From the IMG/VR virus record IMGVR_UViG_3300038468_000170, positions 32,020 to 96,019 of that record: a stretch of 64,000 nt of DNA; one strand, written 5' to 3'. A model generated the notes under the pieces. It did not search any database. It had not been told where the DNA came from and was given only the letters and a program-made list of their open reading frames with translations. The translations under genes and the position numbers were made by a program. Below are positions 28,889 through 39,068 of this stretch, in pieces; within the stretch, counting starts at the first letter, position 1; every line of letters starts with the position of its first letter. The stretch is from a virus.

Positions 28889-30253
28889 TTACCTCAACAC
28901 CGTGAGCTTCTTCGACGCGCGCGTTACGGCCGTGTAGAGCCAACGCTTCCAATCTTCATTGTCCATGTAGCCGCCGCGCTCGGCGCAGACGACAAGATCG
29001 TCGAACTGCGAACCTTGCATCTTGTGCACAGTCATCGCGTAACCGAAGTCGAAGAGCGCACCCGCTTCGGAGAACGAACGAAGACCCGTCTCGCGCGAAA
29101 GTTCTTCGACGGACGAGAACGTCTTCTCGCGCCTGAATTGCTGATAAAGCATCTCGTAGGTGTGCGCTTTGATCTCGTCTTCAGGAAACGCGATCGAGCC
29201 CACGATATGTGTCTCGCTCTCTTCTCCTTTGTGGTTCTTCTTTATTTTCACATCGCTCTGGAGCACGCCGCGCATCCCATTGGCGATTGGCTGACGACCA
29301 CCCTCGGCCTTCATGTTGCGAAGACAGATGACGTGCTCGCCGGCAGAAAAAGGACCGCCTACGGTCCCTCGAGCGCGCCGTACCGCATCGTTCAAGCCGA
29401 CTCGTCGACGATTCGTGTAGCAAGCAAGACCCATCTCGAGAAGTCGTTCGGGCGATGCGTCCGCGTAGCGCTCTTCGATGAGCTCGTTGACGAATCGAAG
29501 CTGCCCGAAGCACACAGCGTCGCCACCGTCGAATATCTCCGGAAGCCGACCTTCCTCTCGGATCATCTTCGAGAGTGCGATGATCGGATTGCCTTCAGCC
29601 TGCCGATGAATCTTCTCAAGCCGCAGGTTCGGGTTCTTCATGAGCGAACCCGTGCCGCTGACGGGCGGAAGCTGTCCGTGGTCACCGACCGCAAGGATCG
29701 GCACGCCGTAACCGCGCAAGTCAGCGAGCATCCCATCGTCGACCATCGAAGCCTCGTCGACGATGATGAGTCCGTAGCTCCGATCGAGCGCTTCGCGACG
29801 GTGCCACCCTTTGCCACCGCACTCGACGCAGTTGCCGTTCTCGTCCTTCTCAGGATAGATGAACTTCTTCGTCACCTTGCCGTTCTCGTCGACGTCTTCG
29901 ACCACCTCCGGTTCGAGACACTCGCACGCCGCGTAAATGAGTTGATGGATCGTTCCACAGAAGGGTTTGTTGCTAGGCTCGCCATACATGCCGCGCTGCC
30001 GCTGCGCGAGGACGGTCTCGGTTCCTGCTGTTCGGAGTTTGCGACGAAGCACCGACGTCGCCTTGCCCGTGAAAGCGCAAAACGCCGGGAGCTCGATCTC
30101 GTTCGCAACAAGAGACACGAGCGTCGACTTGCCGCTGCCGGCGTAACCACCGAGCGAGAGCAAAGGTAGGTTAGGGTTGCTCACCCACCGCATGATGCTG
30201 TCGTAGGCGTTACGTTGATCGTTCGAGAGATTTTCGACGGTGATGTTGTTCAC
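28889..30253 (-). CDS. RecD/Dda-like SF1 helicase
   Basis: GYAGSGKST, IVDEASM, GDHGQLPP, HRQ, YAMTVHKMQGS and YTAVTRA motifs. Confidence 0.93.
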   Translation of the reverse strand: MNNITVENLSNDQRNAYDSIMRWVSNPNLPLLSLGGYAGSGKSTLVSLVANEIELPAFCAFTGKATSVLRRKLRTAGTETVLAQRQRGMYGEPSNKPFCGTIHQLIYAACECLEPEVVEDVDENGKVTKKFIYPEKDENGNCVECGGKGWHRREALDRSYGLIIVDEASMVDDGMLADLRGYGVPILAVGDHGQLPPVSGTGSLMKNPNLRLEKIHRQAEGNPIIALSKMIREEGRLPEIFDGGDAVCFGQLRFVNELIEERYADASPERLLEMGLACYTNRRRVGLNDAVRRARGTVGGPFSAGEHVICLRNMKAEGGRQPIANGMRGVLQSDVKIKKNHKGEESETHIVGSIAFPEDEIKAHTYEMLYQQFRREKTFSSVEELSRETGLRSFSEAGALFDFGYAMTVHKMQGSQFDDLVVCAERGGYMDNEDWKRWLYTAVTRASKKLTVLR

Positions 30254-30771
30254 GATGAAATCCTTCCTGCACATACTGGGCCTAAGCCACTAGAAATCGA
30301 TTCCGGCGTGGTCAGCCGACGTCCACAAGCTCCGCAGCGCCCCTCATGGTAGACGGCAAGCTCCGGGTGCATCTTGCCGCTGATGAGCGTCTTCCAGACC
30401 CACGTGAACGCGACGGCGCTCGGTGCGTCGGAAGCGATGCGGCTCTTCTTACCGTGCGAGTACGTCGAGCGACCGAAGATGCATCCGAGATAGGTGTAGT
30501 CGCCATCGTTGTTCGAACCCGTGAGGACGGATACGAAGTGAGGAGACGGCCTGGTGTCGCCCTGACGGGCCTCGGCGAGTACGACGCGATAGGTGAACCG
30601 AGCACCCGTCTTGCGGCTCTGGAAAGTCACGTGAGCGTTGCCGGCGAGCAGAAACCGGACGGTCGCGGCAGGGTCGAGGAGTTCGGCGCGGGGGCCCGGG
30701 ACCTCATCTGGATTTTCTTGGAAAGCCGTCATCATGTTTGGTTGGACGAAGGGACGGTATTTTCGATTCAA
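30250..30771 (-). CDS. DUF6011-domain protein
   Basis: C-terminal CGACGRRLTTPESISSGLGPVC. Confidence 0.8.
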   Translation of the reverse strand: MNRKYRPFVQPNMMTAFQENPDEVPGPRAELLDPAATVRFLLAGNAHVTFQSRKTGARFTYRVVLAEARQGDTRPSPHFVSVLTGSNNDGDYTYLGCIFGRSTYSHGKKSRIASDAPSAVAFTWVWKTLISGKMHPELAVYHEGRCGACGRRLTTPESISSGLGPVCAGRISS

Positions 30772-30820
30772 TTAATTCGTTAAATCAAGACTGGAACTCG
30801 TCGCGTACGACTGGAAAGAA

Positions 30821-30995
30821 GTGACGATGGTGACCCAAATGACGATGTTTCAGCCGTCAGCCCCAAAAAATCTAGGTGACGATGGTGACGATACCCCCCA
30901 TCAATTCTAAATGCGGGGAAAAATATTTTGGATGAGGGGCCCGAAAAATTCTGGGCCGACGGCTGAAACATCGTCATTTGGGTCACCATCGTCAC
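30821..30995. repeat. Perfect 38-bp inverted repeat with iteron-like TGACGATG units; putative replication origin
   Basis: GTGACGATGGTGACCCAAATGACGATGTTTCAGCCGTC at 30821-30858 and its exact reverse complement at 30958-30995; AT-rich spacer; sits immediately after the primase stop. Confidence 0.9.
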
Positions 30996-31003
30996 CTTGC
31001 TCC

Positions 31004-33394
31004 TCACCAGGAGATGCGGCTGACGAACCACGGGGTGCCGCCTCCTTGTTTGGGCTTGTGGTCGAACCGTCGGCCCCCGACGTTCTTCTTCTTATACTTC
31101 CGGAGCTGCATGCTGATGAGCTTCGTCGTGAGCTTGTCGGGCGAACATTCACAGAGCTCCGCGAGGGCTTCCTTGAGCGCGGCGTGGGCGAACGCCCCGA
31201 CATGCATCTCGGCGAGGAGGTCTGAGACGAGCATGGGCTTGCCGAGCTTCTCCCATTCAATGAGCACGCGCTCGAGGACACCTAGCTCTGAATCTCCGCT
31301 CTCGACGAGTTCTCTGCGGCCATTGATCGGGTCCGGCATGCCGGCCCATACGAGCGCGCCTCGTACGATCCGGCTCCATTGCTCGAAGGAGCCCCACGAT
31401 GTCAACCTTTGATCAGGACAGCCTGCGGCGAAATAACCTCGTAACACGGTCAGGACGGCGCTCGCGAGCTTCGGCCGTTCGCGGTGCACGTGTGGGAGGA
31501 TTGGATCGTACTTGAAACCGGTTCGGTGCTCGGGATGCTCGAATGCGGTTTCTAGACGAACATGTAGAGCTCGACCGACGAGCTCGTTCGACAGGATGAG
31601 GTTTTGCGCTGTCACGAGCCAAAGCGCACGCATCGGCATCGCCACCATTTCGGTGACTCCGAGTCGTCGATCTAAAACAGCCATGCTCGTGATCACTCCT
31701 GCGAGCGTCGATGAATCGAGAACCCCTTCGACGTTGTCGAGTAGGATGATCGGATCTCCCGAGATCGCGAGCGACAAAATCCGCTTCCTCATTTCTTCCT
31801 CGTTCGTCTTCGACGTCCTAGGAAGGGATCTGCCGGAATAGATCTCCCCGATGATGTCTGCGAGATATGTTGCGCCGACCCGGCGTGCGTTCTTGTCGAG
31901 CACGCCAAACGGCACGCAGCCGTCGATCGTCGGGCGAGCGAACGGCGTGAAGAGCAAGGCCATCCACGCAGAGAAGTGCTCCTGGCTCACGAACGGGAAG
32001 TCCTGAACAATGTCGAACAAGGTCGCGATGGCCGTCGTTGCGTCGTCCAGGGTCGGCTCGGACGGGATCGGCGGGAAGTCGACGTTCGGTTCGTAGAAAA
32101 GCCCCGTCGCACGATCGTAGCCGGGTGTGTCGAGTATCGTTCCGTCTGGACGAAGCACCGGGCACTCGGTGATGCCTTCCAAGAACTTGACCCCGGGCCA
32201 TTCTCCGCGACAATGCAGCTCCGTGAGAGGATCGTCCGGAACGCCGCACGAGACCAACGTGGATTCTCCGCTGCTTGTTGTCTTCCAGCGTTGAAACGCA
32301 CAAGCGTGCGAAATGAGCCCGCGTGTTCGTGCTCTCGACATTTCGGAGATGATCGGAGCGTTCGCTTCTCGGCGGATTGGTTCTTCGTCTTTGCTTTTGT
32401 TCGGGTCACGAAGGATCTGCACGAGCTTCCAGCCTCTGTTGAACACGTTCGGTAGGCTCGCGAGTGCCGGGAGCATCTGATCGGCGACCTCGAGTTCGTC
32501 GAAGCCGCAGATGATGATTACGCGGTCGCCTGTTGGTTCTTTTCTGGCGGGGAGCCACTTCCTCGCCCGTGACACGAGCTTCTTGCCGCCCACTCCACCG
32601 CCTAACGGACGATCGGCGATGAGTTCCGTCACGCGGTTCCAGCTTGTGATCGGCTCTCCAGCGGCGAGCTTCTCGGCCGTTCCTTTGACTGTCGCCGCGC
32701 GCGCTCTCGGATTGTCCGAGCCACCTGCCCACGCTACGAGCCCTACGAACAGTTCGGCGTTCTCGGCGGACCATCCGTCTCGCAGAAGTCCTCCGCCGAG
32801 CGCGAGGCAGAAGTCGTGACGTCCTTTCTTGGGGAAGTACCGGGCGAGGAGGCACGCTGCCGCGAGTACGCCGACGGCGGCTTCTAAGGTGGCGCGTTCT
32901 ATATGTGGGATCTGTGCCGGGTCGGCGCCGTCCTCGAAATCTATGTATTCGCCGCTGACGTGGTGGCTCCCGGGGAAGACGGTCTGGACGCCGCCCGTAC
33001 GGAGCTCGACGATCGTCTTGCCGGCTCCGTCGATGTTCGGGTCCTCGAACTTCAGGTGTTTCGGGACGTCGGAGACGTAGAGCCAGTGCGACGCGCGCTT
33101 GCTCGGGCGGCCGAAGCGCCCCGGCGTCGCGGGCAGGAGATGAGGCGCCAGGGCGAGTGCCTCGGGGCAATCGATGTCGACGTCGACGAGATTTTTGGAC
33201 GCCTCCCCGAGAATGATCCCGATGTTCTGCGGCGCACCGTTGAAATAATGTGGCGCCGTCTCGTGCGTGATCCGCAGGTTCGTCCAGTTCGGGATCGTCG
33301 GCCCCTTCTCTCGATACGGAACCGGAATCGGTTGCCACCCTAGGTTGATGTACTCGAGCGCGAGATCAAAAACCGTGATGGGTGGTAACGACAC
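31004..33394 (-). CDS. Bifunctional primase-polymerase (Prim-Pol) fused to a C-terminal helicase-like domain
   Basis: GWQPIPV..REKGP, NIGIILG, LVDVDID, SHWLY, ELR and VFPGS.H motifs; C-terminal LDN and TAQN motifs. Confidence 0.85.
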   Translation of the reverse strand: MSLPPITVFDLALEYINLGWQPIPVPYREKGPTIPNWTNLRITHETAPHYFNGAPQNIGIILGEASKNLVDVDIDCPEALALAPHLLPATPGRFGRPSKRASHWLYVSDVPKHLKFEDPNIDGAGKTIVELRTGGVQTVFPGSHHVSGEYIDFEDGADPAQIPHIERATLEAAVGVLAAACLLARYFPKKGRHDFCLALGGGLLRDGWSAENAELFVGLVAWAGGSDNPRARAATVKGTAEKLAAGEPITSWNRVTELIADRPLGGGVGGKKLVSRARKWLPARKEPTGDRVIIICGFDELEVADQMLPALASLPNVFNRGWKLVQILRDPNKSKDEEPIRREANAPIISEMSRARTRGLISHACAFQRWKTTSSGESTLVSCGVPDDPLTELHCRGEWPGVKFLEGITECPVLRPDGTILDTPGYDRATGLFYEPNVDFPPIPSEPTLDDATTAIATLFDIVQDFPFVSQEHFSAWMALLFTPFARPTIDGCVPFGVLDKNARRVGATYLADIIGEIYSGRSLPRTSKTNEEEMRKRILSLAISGDPIILLDNVEGVLDSSTLAGVITSMAVLDRRLGVTEMVAMPMRALWLVTAQNLILSNELVGRALHVRLETAFEHPEHRTGFKYDPILPHVHRERPKLASAVLTVLRGYFAAGCPDQRLTSWGSFEQWSRIVRGALVWAGMPDPINGRRELVESGDSELGVLERVLIEWEKLGKPMLVSDLLAEMHVGAFAHAALKEALAELCECSPDKLTTKLISMQLRKYKKKNVGGRRFDHKPKQGGGTPWFVSRISW

Positions 33395-33581
33395 GCGGGG
33401 CGGCCCTCCGACGACGAGAAGTTTCCCTCGGCTCCGTCACTTACCGCACGAGGTACCAGCACAGGCTCATGACGGACCGAGGGATTTACGGAGGTACACG
33501 AGAAACGAAACCGAGTCCAGAAATTCTCTGGCAACAGAGAAAAAACTTGACCGGCTCTTCGACTTGAGCGAGATTCGTCTC

Positions 33582-35036
33582 GTGGGTGCGCTCTTCGTCT
33601 CAGCGTCCGAGATCGAACTCTACGATCTCTGCCCTCGTAAGTGGGCCTTCGTCTACATCGAGAACAAGCGCCCGCCGCCGAACGACAGCGCCGCGCTCGG
33701 CACGCGCGTTCACAAGATTCTCGAGCAATGGCTGAAAGACGGGACGGCTCCCGACACGTGGACGCCTGAAGGAGAGATCGCCGCGAGTGGCCTTCATCTT
33801 TTGCCGCCACCCCGGACGCCGACGCTCGTCACCGAAGAGCAGTTCAGCTTCACGTCCAGGCGTGCGTGGTATCTGGGATACAAAGATTTCCGGTACCGTG
33901 ACGCCAACGGGCTCCTACATGTGGGGGATCACAAAACAACAAAATCGATGGTTTGGGCGAAGTCAACTGATGAAATTCTCGCTCATCCCCAAGCCTTGAT
34001 CTACGCCGTCGACGAATTTTTCAAGAACCCGAACGACGACCGCCTGGCCCTCGATTGGATCTACTACAAGACGACAGGTTCACGGAAAGCCGAGCCGCGT
34101 TTCCAGATTGTGACCAAAGACGTGGTCGCCGAGATGTTCTTCGAGCACGTCGATCCTGTCGCCGGTGAGATCACGCAGCTTCATCACGAAGTTCCGGTCG
34201 GCACGTCCGCGCTTGATTTTCGTCCAGACTTCCGAGCCTGTGATGCGTTCGGAGGCTGTGCCTTTCTTTCGATCTGCAACCCAACCCCAACACAGAGAGT
34301 GCAAGCAACAATGACCCAGGCAGGACTATCTTTGACCGACAAGCTCAAGGCCATGAAGGCCGGCCGTGCCCCGAGCCCGATCCATCCTCCGGAGGCGTAC
34401 CAGGCGCCTGTGGCTACGCCAGCGCCATCGGTGCCGGCGTTCAGTTTGCCGGTCCCTCAGGGCGCCCCAGTGTCTCAGGCGGTAGCCGCCCCGGTGTCCC
34501 AGGCTGCTTCGGTACCTGTTCCGATGCCTCAGGCCGTTCCGGCGCCCGCCCAAGTGCCCCAGGCCGTCAGCTATATCCCGGCGGCATCCCAGGACGTTCC
34601 GGTGCTCGCGCTTCAGCCGTTGGCTCAGGCACCTCAGGCCGTTCCGGTGTCAGCCGAGCCAGCCCCGGCCACCAAGAAGCCCCGCGGACGGCCGCCGAAG
34701 GCGACGTCGGTATCCGAGCCCCATATCAACGGAGCGGGCTTCACGCTCTACGTCGGCTGCGCGCCGATCGGCTGCAACGTGACGAACGCCCTCGACTACG
34801 TGAACGCCGCGCACGATCAGTTGCGGCAAGCTCGTGGCATCACCCATTATCGGGAAGTGGAATTCGGCAGGGGGCCCGGCGAGCTCTGCGCGGCGCTCGA
34901 GGTGCTTCTCGCACTCTGTGAAGGAACCGAGAACGCGCCTTCGGGTGACGTCGTGCTCGGCGGTGCTCAGATCGAGGAAGACACGGCTTCGGTTTGGTTC
35001 TCGAAGGCGGCGAAGGTCGTGAGGGCGTTTCGGTGA
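33582..35036 (+). CDS. PD-(D/E)XK Cas4/RecB-like exonuclease with Pro/Ala-rich linker and AT-hook
   Basis: SASEI..Y..CPR, G..VH..LE, GYKD, DHKT and Q..IY motifs; C-terminal C...C...C cluster; KKPRGRPPK. Confidence 0.85.
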   Translation: MGALFVSASEIELYDLCPRKWAFVYIENKRPPPNDSAALGTRVHKILEQWLKDGTAPDTWTPEGEIAASGLHLLPPPRTPTLVTEEQFSFTSRRAWYLGYKDFRYRDANGLLHVGDHKTTKSMVWAKSTDEILAHPQALIYAVDEFFKNPNDDRLALDWIYYKTTGSRKAEPRFQIVTKDVVAEMFFEHVDPVAGEITQLHHEVPVGTSALDFRPDFRACDAFGGCAFLSICNPTPTQRVQATMTQAGLSLTDKLKAMKAGRAPSPIHPPEAYQAPVATPAPSVPAFSLPVPQGAPVSQAVAAPVSQAASVPVPMPQAVPAPAQVPQAVSYIPAASQDVPVLALQPLAQAPQAVPVSAEPAPATKKPRGRPPKATSVSEPHINGAGFTLYVGCAPIGCNVTNALDYVNAAHDQLRQARGITHYREVEFGRGPGELCAALEVLLALCEGTENAPSGDVVLGGAQIEEDTASVWFSKAAKVVRAFR

Positions 35037-35109
35037 GCGAAGAATTTGTGCATGAGATCGCGCAAGAGCTCGGAGAGAGCGATTTGGAACCAGTAGAGAG
35101 CGTGAGATC

Positions 35110-35541
35110 ATGAACCGTAGGGAACGAAGAGCTCAAGCCAGTTACCAGACGGCGAACAACCGGAAAACGAACGCCGAGTCGCAAGTGTTTTTCAGAGAGG
35201 TGGTGACAGAGTTGTGTCTTGCAGCAAAGGAAGCAAGAGATCCAGATCCGAATAACGTCAAAAATTCCGATGCCGCCGACTGCATTCGTTTCATTAACAA
35301 GGAACGTCTGCCAGGAGGGGAGTTGTTCGGTACGCACCTGCTTGGCATTGCTAATGCTATGGGGTGTCTAAGTAACGGTGAGGCGTTCACGGCGGAACAG
35401 TTCGGGGAAATCATGCACACGAACCCCAGTGAAGAGCCGACGATGCCGGCTCCGCCTGGTTATGTGTATGCGTGGATGCCAGACACAGGTTCCTTCGTAC
35501 TCGTGTCGTTAAGAAAAAAGAAGAAAGAGGAGTTTTCATGA
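35110..35541 (+). CDS. Hypothetical protein
   Basis: MNRRERRA start; lower-GC segment. Confidence 0.6.
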   Translation: MNRRERRAQASYQTANNRKTNAESQVFFREVVTELCLAAKEARDPDPNNVKNSDAADCIRFINKERLPGGELFGTHLLGIANAMGCLSNGEAFTAEQFGEIMHTNPSEEPTMPAPPGYVYAWMPDTGSFVLVSLRKKKKEEFS

Positions 35542-36074
35542 CACTCGAGCAAGCCGCGAAAGTTTTGAAGGTTAGTTTGGAAGAGGTTCAAGATCTTTTC
35601 AACGCAATCGGGGGCGCTGATCCGAAAGCTGTTGGTCCTCTTGATCTTTTGGAAATGCGAGCGTTATTGGACGAGGCAGAAACCGAAATCGTAAATGCTC
35701 CGGCTAATGGGCTGTTGTCTACTGCGCAGGTCGTACAAAAAGCCGCGGTAGATGGTCCTTGTGAGGTGACCGAAGATAAAGCCCGTGAATGGGCTAAGGA
35801 CAACGGCGTCGTATGCGTTGATGGCATGTTCGTGTGGACGACGAAGGCCTTCGATAATTTTTTGGACTATTTGATCGACAACACACCTCATGTTTGTGAC
35901 GTGTGCCAAGAAGAGACGTTAGAACACCCGGCAGAGAGCGGATGGATCGATGTGCACGTTGAAAAAGACGATGACTCCCTTTCTGTTTATTTTTGTGACG
36001 AGTGTGCGAAGTCAGACGAAAAATTGAGGGCCGGTTTTGAAACGTTCTTGGTTGAGTACCGAAAGTTGATTTGA
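35538..36074 (+). CDS. Hypothetical acidic protein with HTH-like N-terminus and CxxC...CxxC
   Basis: GAGGAG RBS; ATGA-coupled (MTLEQAAK). Confidence 0.6.
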   Translation: MTLEQAAKVLKVSLEEVQDLFNAIGGADPKAVGPLDLLEMRALLDEAETEIVNAPANGLLSTAQVVQKAAVDGPCEVTEDKAREWAKDNGVVCVDGMFVWTTKAFDNFLDYLIDNTPHVCDVCQEETLEHPAESGWIDVHVEKDDDSLSVYFCDECAKSDEKLRAGFETFLVEYRKLI

Positions 36075-37858
36075 TGCCTGATCCTATCGATCTCTCCAAC
36101 ATCTTCGCCGCCGTCGCGGAGGCCACGAACGGTGCGCGGCGAGGTACCGCCCTTGGCAAGCTCCGAGAAGCCGAGGGCGTTCGGCACACGCCCGAGCTCG
36201 ATAGGATCATGATGATTCCACGGCGCGCGCCGCTCACGCCCGACGAAGAAGCCGAGCGGATCGATTTGCTCACGAACCACCTCCGTACGCCAGGCGGCAC
36301 GATGCAGCTTCGTCCGGTGCAGGCCCAGGCCCTCTTCGAAGCGCACGACTACCAGGGGCTCTTCGGTCCGATTCGCGTCTCCGGAGGAAAGACGCTCATC
36401 AGCCTTCTTGCCCCTGTCGTCCTCGAAGCCCGAGCTCCGATGCTCATCGTCCCCGCGGCGCTCATCGAAAAGACACGCACCGAAGCTCGGAAGCTCGCTC
36501 AGCACTGGAAGCTACCTACCTTCTTGCATATCGTCAGTTACCAGGCCCTCGGCCGTGTCTCCGGGGCAGGTACGCTCGAGAACCTTCGGCCAGACCTCAT
36601 CATCTGCGACGAGGCTCACAAGCTCAAAAACAAGCGAGCGGCCGTCACGAAGCGCGTCGCTCGGTACATGCACGACCATCCAGAGACGCGCATGGTCATC
36701 TTGACCGGCACGATTTCGAAGCGGTCCTTGCACGATTTCGCGCACCTGCTCGCGTGGTCCCTGAAGCTCCGTACGCCGCTCCCGAGGCAATACAACGAGC
36801 TCGAGGCGTGGGCGCTCGCGATCGATGAGCGTCCGAACGCAATCGTTCCACCTTTGCACCCTGGGGCAATCCTGAAGCTCGCGACCGAAGAAGATACCGG
36901 AGGCCCGACGCAACGTGCACGGATCGCTGTTCGTCGACGAATCAATGACACGCCCGGGGTCGTGACGGCTTCGGGAGAGGGTTGCAACGTCAGCCTGCGC
37001 GTGCAGGGGCACGTCGTCGAGACAACGGAAGTGACGACGAAAGCGTTCGAACGACTCCGTGAGAGGTGGGAGACGCCCGACGGCTGGCCCCTCAGCGACG
37101 GCTTCGCAATTTGGCGTCATGCGCGCGAGCTCTCGCTCGGTTTCTACTATCGGTGGCAACCCCGACCTCCCGACGAGTGGCTCGAGGCGCGCAAGCTCTG
37201 GTCCGCGTTCTGTCGCAAGGTTCTGAAAGACAACCGGCGGAACCTCGACTCTGAGATGCAGGTTGCGCTTGCGTGCAAGGAGCATCCTGAGTGGTACGGT
37301 GACGAAGAGTACAAAGCCTGGATCGCAATCCGTGATACGTTCAAGCCGTACACTGTCGCGGTTCCGTTCGACGATTCCGTGTTGCGTTACTGCGAGCACT
37401 GGGCCGAAAAGCACGGTGGGCTCATCTGGTGCGAGCACATCGACTTCGCCCAGCGCTTGTCGGCGAGTACGGGGTTGCCCTACTTCGCGGGTGAAGGTCT
37501 TGACGCTCAAGGAAACTCGATCGAGGACTTCGCGGGCACGTCGGCGATCCTTTCGATTGAAGCGAATCGCGAAGGACGGAACCTTCAGCGCTTCTCGAAG
37601 AACCTCGTCGTTTCCCCGCCGCAACAGGGCGACCGGTGGCAACAGCTTTTGGCTCGTACGCACCGAGACGGACAAGAAGCGGATGAGGTGATCTGCGACG
37701 TCGTGCTCTCGTGCGCCGAACACGTGGACGCGATGCGCATCATGCAGAGCGATGCGCAGTACCAAGAGGACATCACCGGGGACCGACAGAAACTTCAACT
37801 CGCAGACATCGTTATACCGGATACGACGCACTTGAAAGGAGCGGTTTGGAACAGATGA
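36074..37858 (+). CDS. SF2 (SNF2/DEAH-like) helicase
   Basis: LRPVQ, GGKT, DEAH, LTGT, EGRNLQ and Q...RTHR.GQ motifs. Confidence 0.9.
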   Translation: MPDPIDLSNIFAAVAEATNGARRGTALGKLREAEGVRHTPELDRIMMIPRRAPLTPDEEAERIDLLTNHLRTPGGTMQLRPVQAQALFEAHDYQGLFGPIRVSGGKTLISLLAPVVLEARAPMLIVPAALIEKTRTEARKLAQHWKLPTFLHIVSYQALGRVSGAGTLENLRPDLIICDEAHKLKNKRAAVTKRVARYMHDHPETRMVILTGTISKRSLHDFAHLLAWSLKLRTPLPRQYNELEAWALAIDERPNAIVPPLHPGAILKLATEEDTGGPTQRARIAVRRRINDTPGVVTASGEGCNVSLRVQGHVVETTEVTTKAFERLRERWETPDGWPLSDGFAIWRHARELSLGFYYRWQPRPPDEWLEARKLWSAFCRKVLKDNRRNLDSEMQVALACKEHPEWYGDEEYKAWIAIRDTFKPYTVAVPFDDSVLRYCEHWAEKHGGLIWCEHIDFAQRLSASTGLPYFAGEGLDAQGNSIEDFAGTSAILSIEANREGRNLQRFSKNLVVSPPQQGDRWQQLLARTHRDGQEADEVICDVVLSCAEHVDAMRIMQSDAQYQEDITGDRQKLQLADIVIPDTTHLKGAVWNR

Positions 37859-38190
37859 AAATGTTGCAGGCGTTGTTATGGGATCATTGGGAACAGATTG
37901 AAGCCTCGCTCGAGGGTTTTGCTAGTACACCCGACGAGATCAGAGAGCTTGGTATTGAGGAGCTAATCGAGCTCGTTCGGTTTCAAGATGAAATGGAGCT
38001 CACAGCGAAGGGGCTCAAACGTCTGCTTCATGCCGCAGCAAATGGGGATAGTGCTTACGATCCGAAACCTCAGAGCGATCGGCGCATCACATCACTTGAC
38101 CATCCTGTGCTCGTTAAGTTGCGAAAAAAGGCAGAAGGCTTTCGCGCGCTCGCATTGAAGATCCTTCATACTAATTGGGGAATCAATTGA
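37855..38190 (+). CDS. Hypothetical protein
   Basis: ATGA-coupled; lower GC. Confidence 0.5.
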   Translation: MKMLQALLWDHWEQIEASLEGFASTPDEIRELGIEELIELVRFQDEMELTAKGLKRLLHAAANGDSAYDPKPQSDRRITSLDHPVLVKLRKKAEGFRALALKILHTNWGIN

Positions 38191-38282
38191 GGAAACCTGA
38201 TCGCGACCTGCGCACGAACCGATCGCGCACAGGTCGCGGGAATTTTTCCCGTCTCTGAATCTCAAACAAGGAACAAGAAACA

Positions 38283-39017
38283 ATGCCCCCCATCGATTGG
38301 TCCCAAATTGGAGCTGCGCCGATTTTCGAACGTGGAAACTACTTCAACCCAGGAAGGTACAAGCTCCGCTTGCTCCGGTGCCTGAGCAAGCAGACGCAGA
38401 AATCCGGAATGGCGTTCATCGCCGAGTTCGAGGTCTTGGAGAGTGACAACCCCGCGCACCCGATCGGGAGCAAAGGGACGTTCTTCGTCAAGATGGCCCA
38501 GCAGCAGCAAGCGTTCTCCAACATCCTCGAGATGATGGCGGCGCTTCTCGGCTTCGATATCACGAACAGAGATCACGTCACGCAAATCGATCAGCAACTG
38601 CGACCCCAGCTCGCCGGGCTCATGACGGCTCTCGAGACGCAGGGCACGGCCGTGCTCGGTGGACGCGAGACCGTTTCCGTCGAGTGTCGGATCAAGCTGA
38701 CTCAGCGCGGTACGGAGTTCACGCTTCACACGTGGGCCCCGTGGACTCCCCCGCAGGGCTGGCAACCGGCTCCGACGCCGGCAACGGCCCAAATGCCCCA
38801 GAGGACGGTGGCGCAACCCGCTGCCGCTCCTCAAGGGTATCCGGCGGCGTACGCCCCACCGGCGTTCGCTCCGGCCGCTCTGCCTCAGGCGGCGCCTCCG
38901 GCCTACGCCCCGCCCGTGCAGGCACCTGCACCGGCGCCTGGCATGACACAAGCCCCCTACGGGCAACCCGGCATGCCTCCGGCTGTCGTGTTGCCGTCGT
39001 GGATGGGCCCGAAGTGA
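38283..39017 (+). CDS. Putative ssDNA-binding protein with Pro/Ala/Gln-rich tail
   Basis: YFNPGRY...FIAEFEVLES; lies between the helicase and PolA genes. Confidence 0.6.
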   Translation: MPPIDWSQIGAAPIFERGNYFNPGRYKLRLLRCLSKQTQKSGMAFIAEFEVLESDNPAHPIGSKGTFFVKMAQQQQAFSNILEMMAALLGFDITNRDHVTQIDQQLRPQLAGLMTALETQGTAVLGGRETVSVECRIKLTQRGTEFTLHTWAPWTPPQGWQPAPTPATAQMPQRTVAQPAAAPQGYPAAYAPPAFAPAALPQAAPPAYAPPVQAPAPAPGMTQAPYGQPGMPPAVVLPSWMGPK

Positions 39018-39027
39018 AATGAAAGAA

Positions 39028-39059
39028 GCCCCGCTCCGGACCGTGACCCGGAGCGGGGC
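39028..39059. terminator. GC-rich hairpin (12-bp stem)
   Basis: GCCCCGCTCCGG-8 nt-CCGGAGCGGGGC; the A-rich 5' flank gives a U-tract on the minus strand. Confidence 0.65.
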
Positions 39060-39068
39060 GAGTTTCCG

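Noticed and set aside
33582-35036. Cas4 as evidence of a CRISPR-Cas locus
   Set aside because: Solo Cas4-like nucleases are common in phage replication operons; no cas1/cas2 or array is present.
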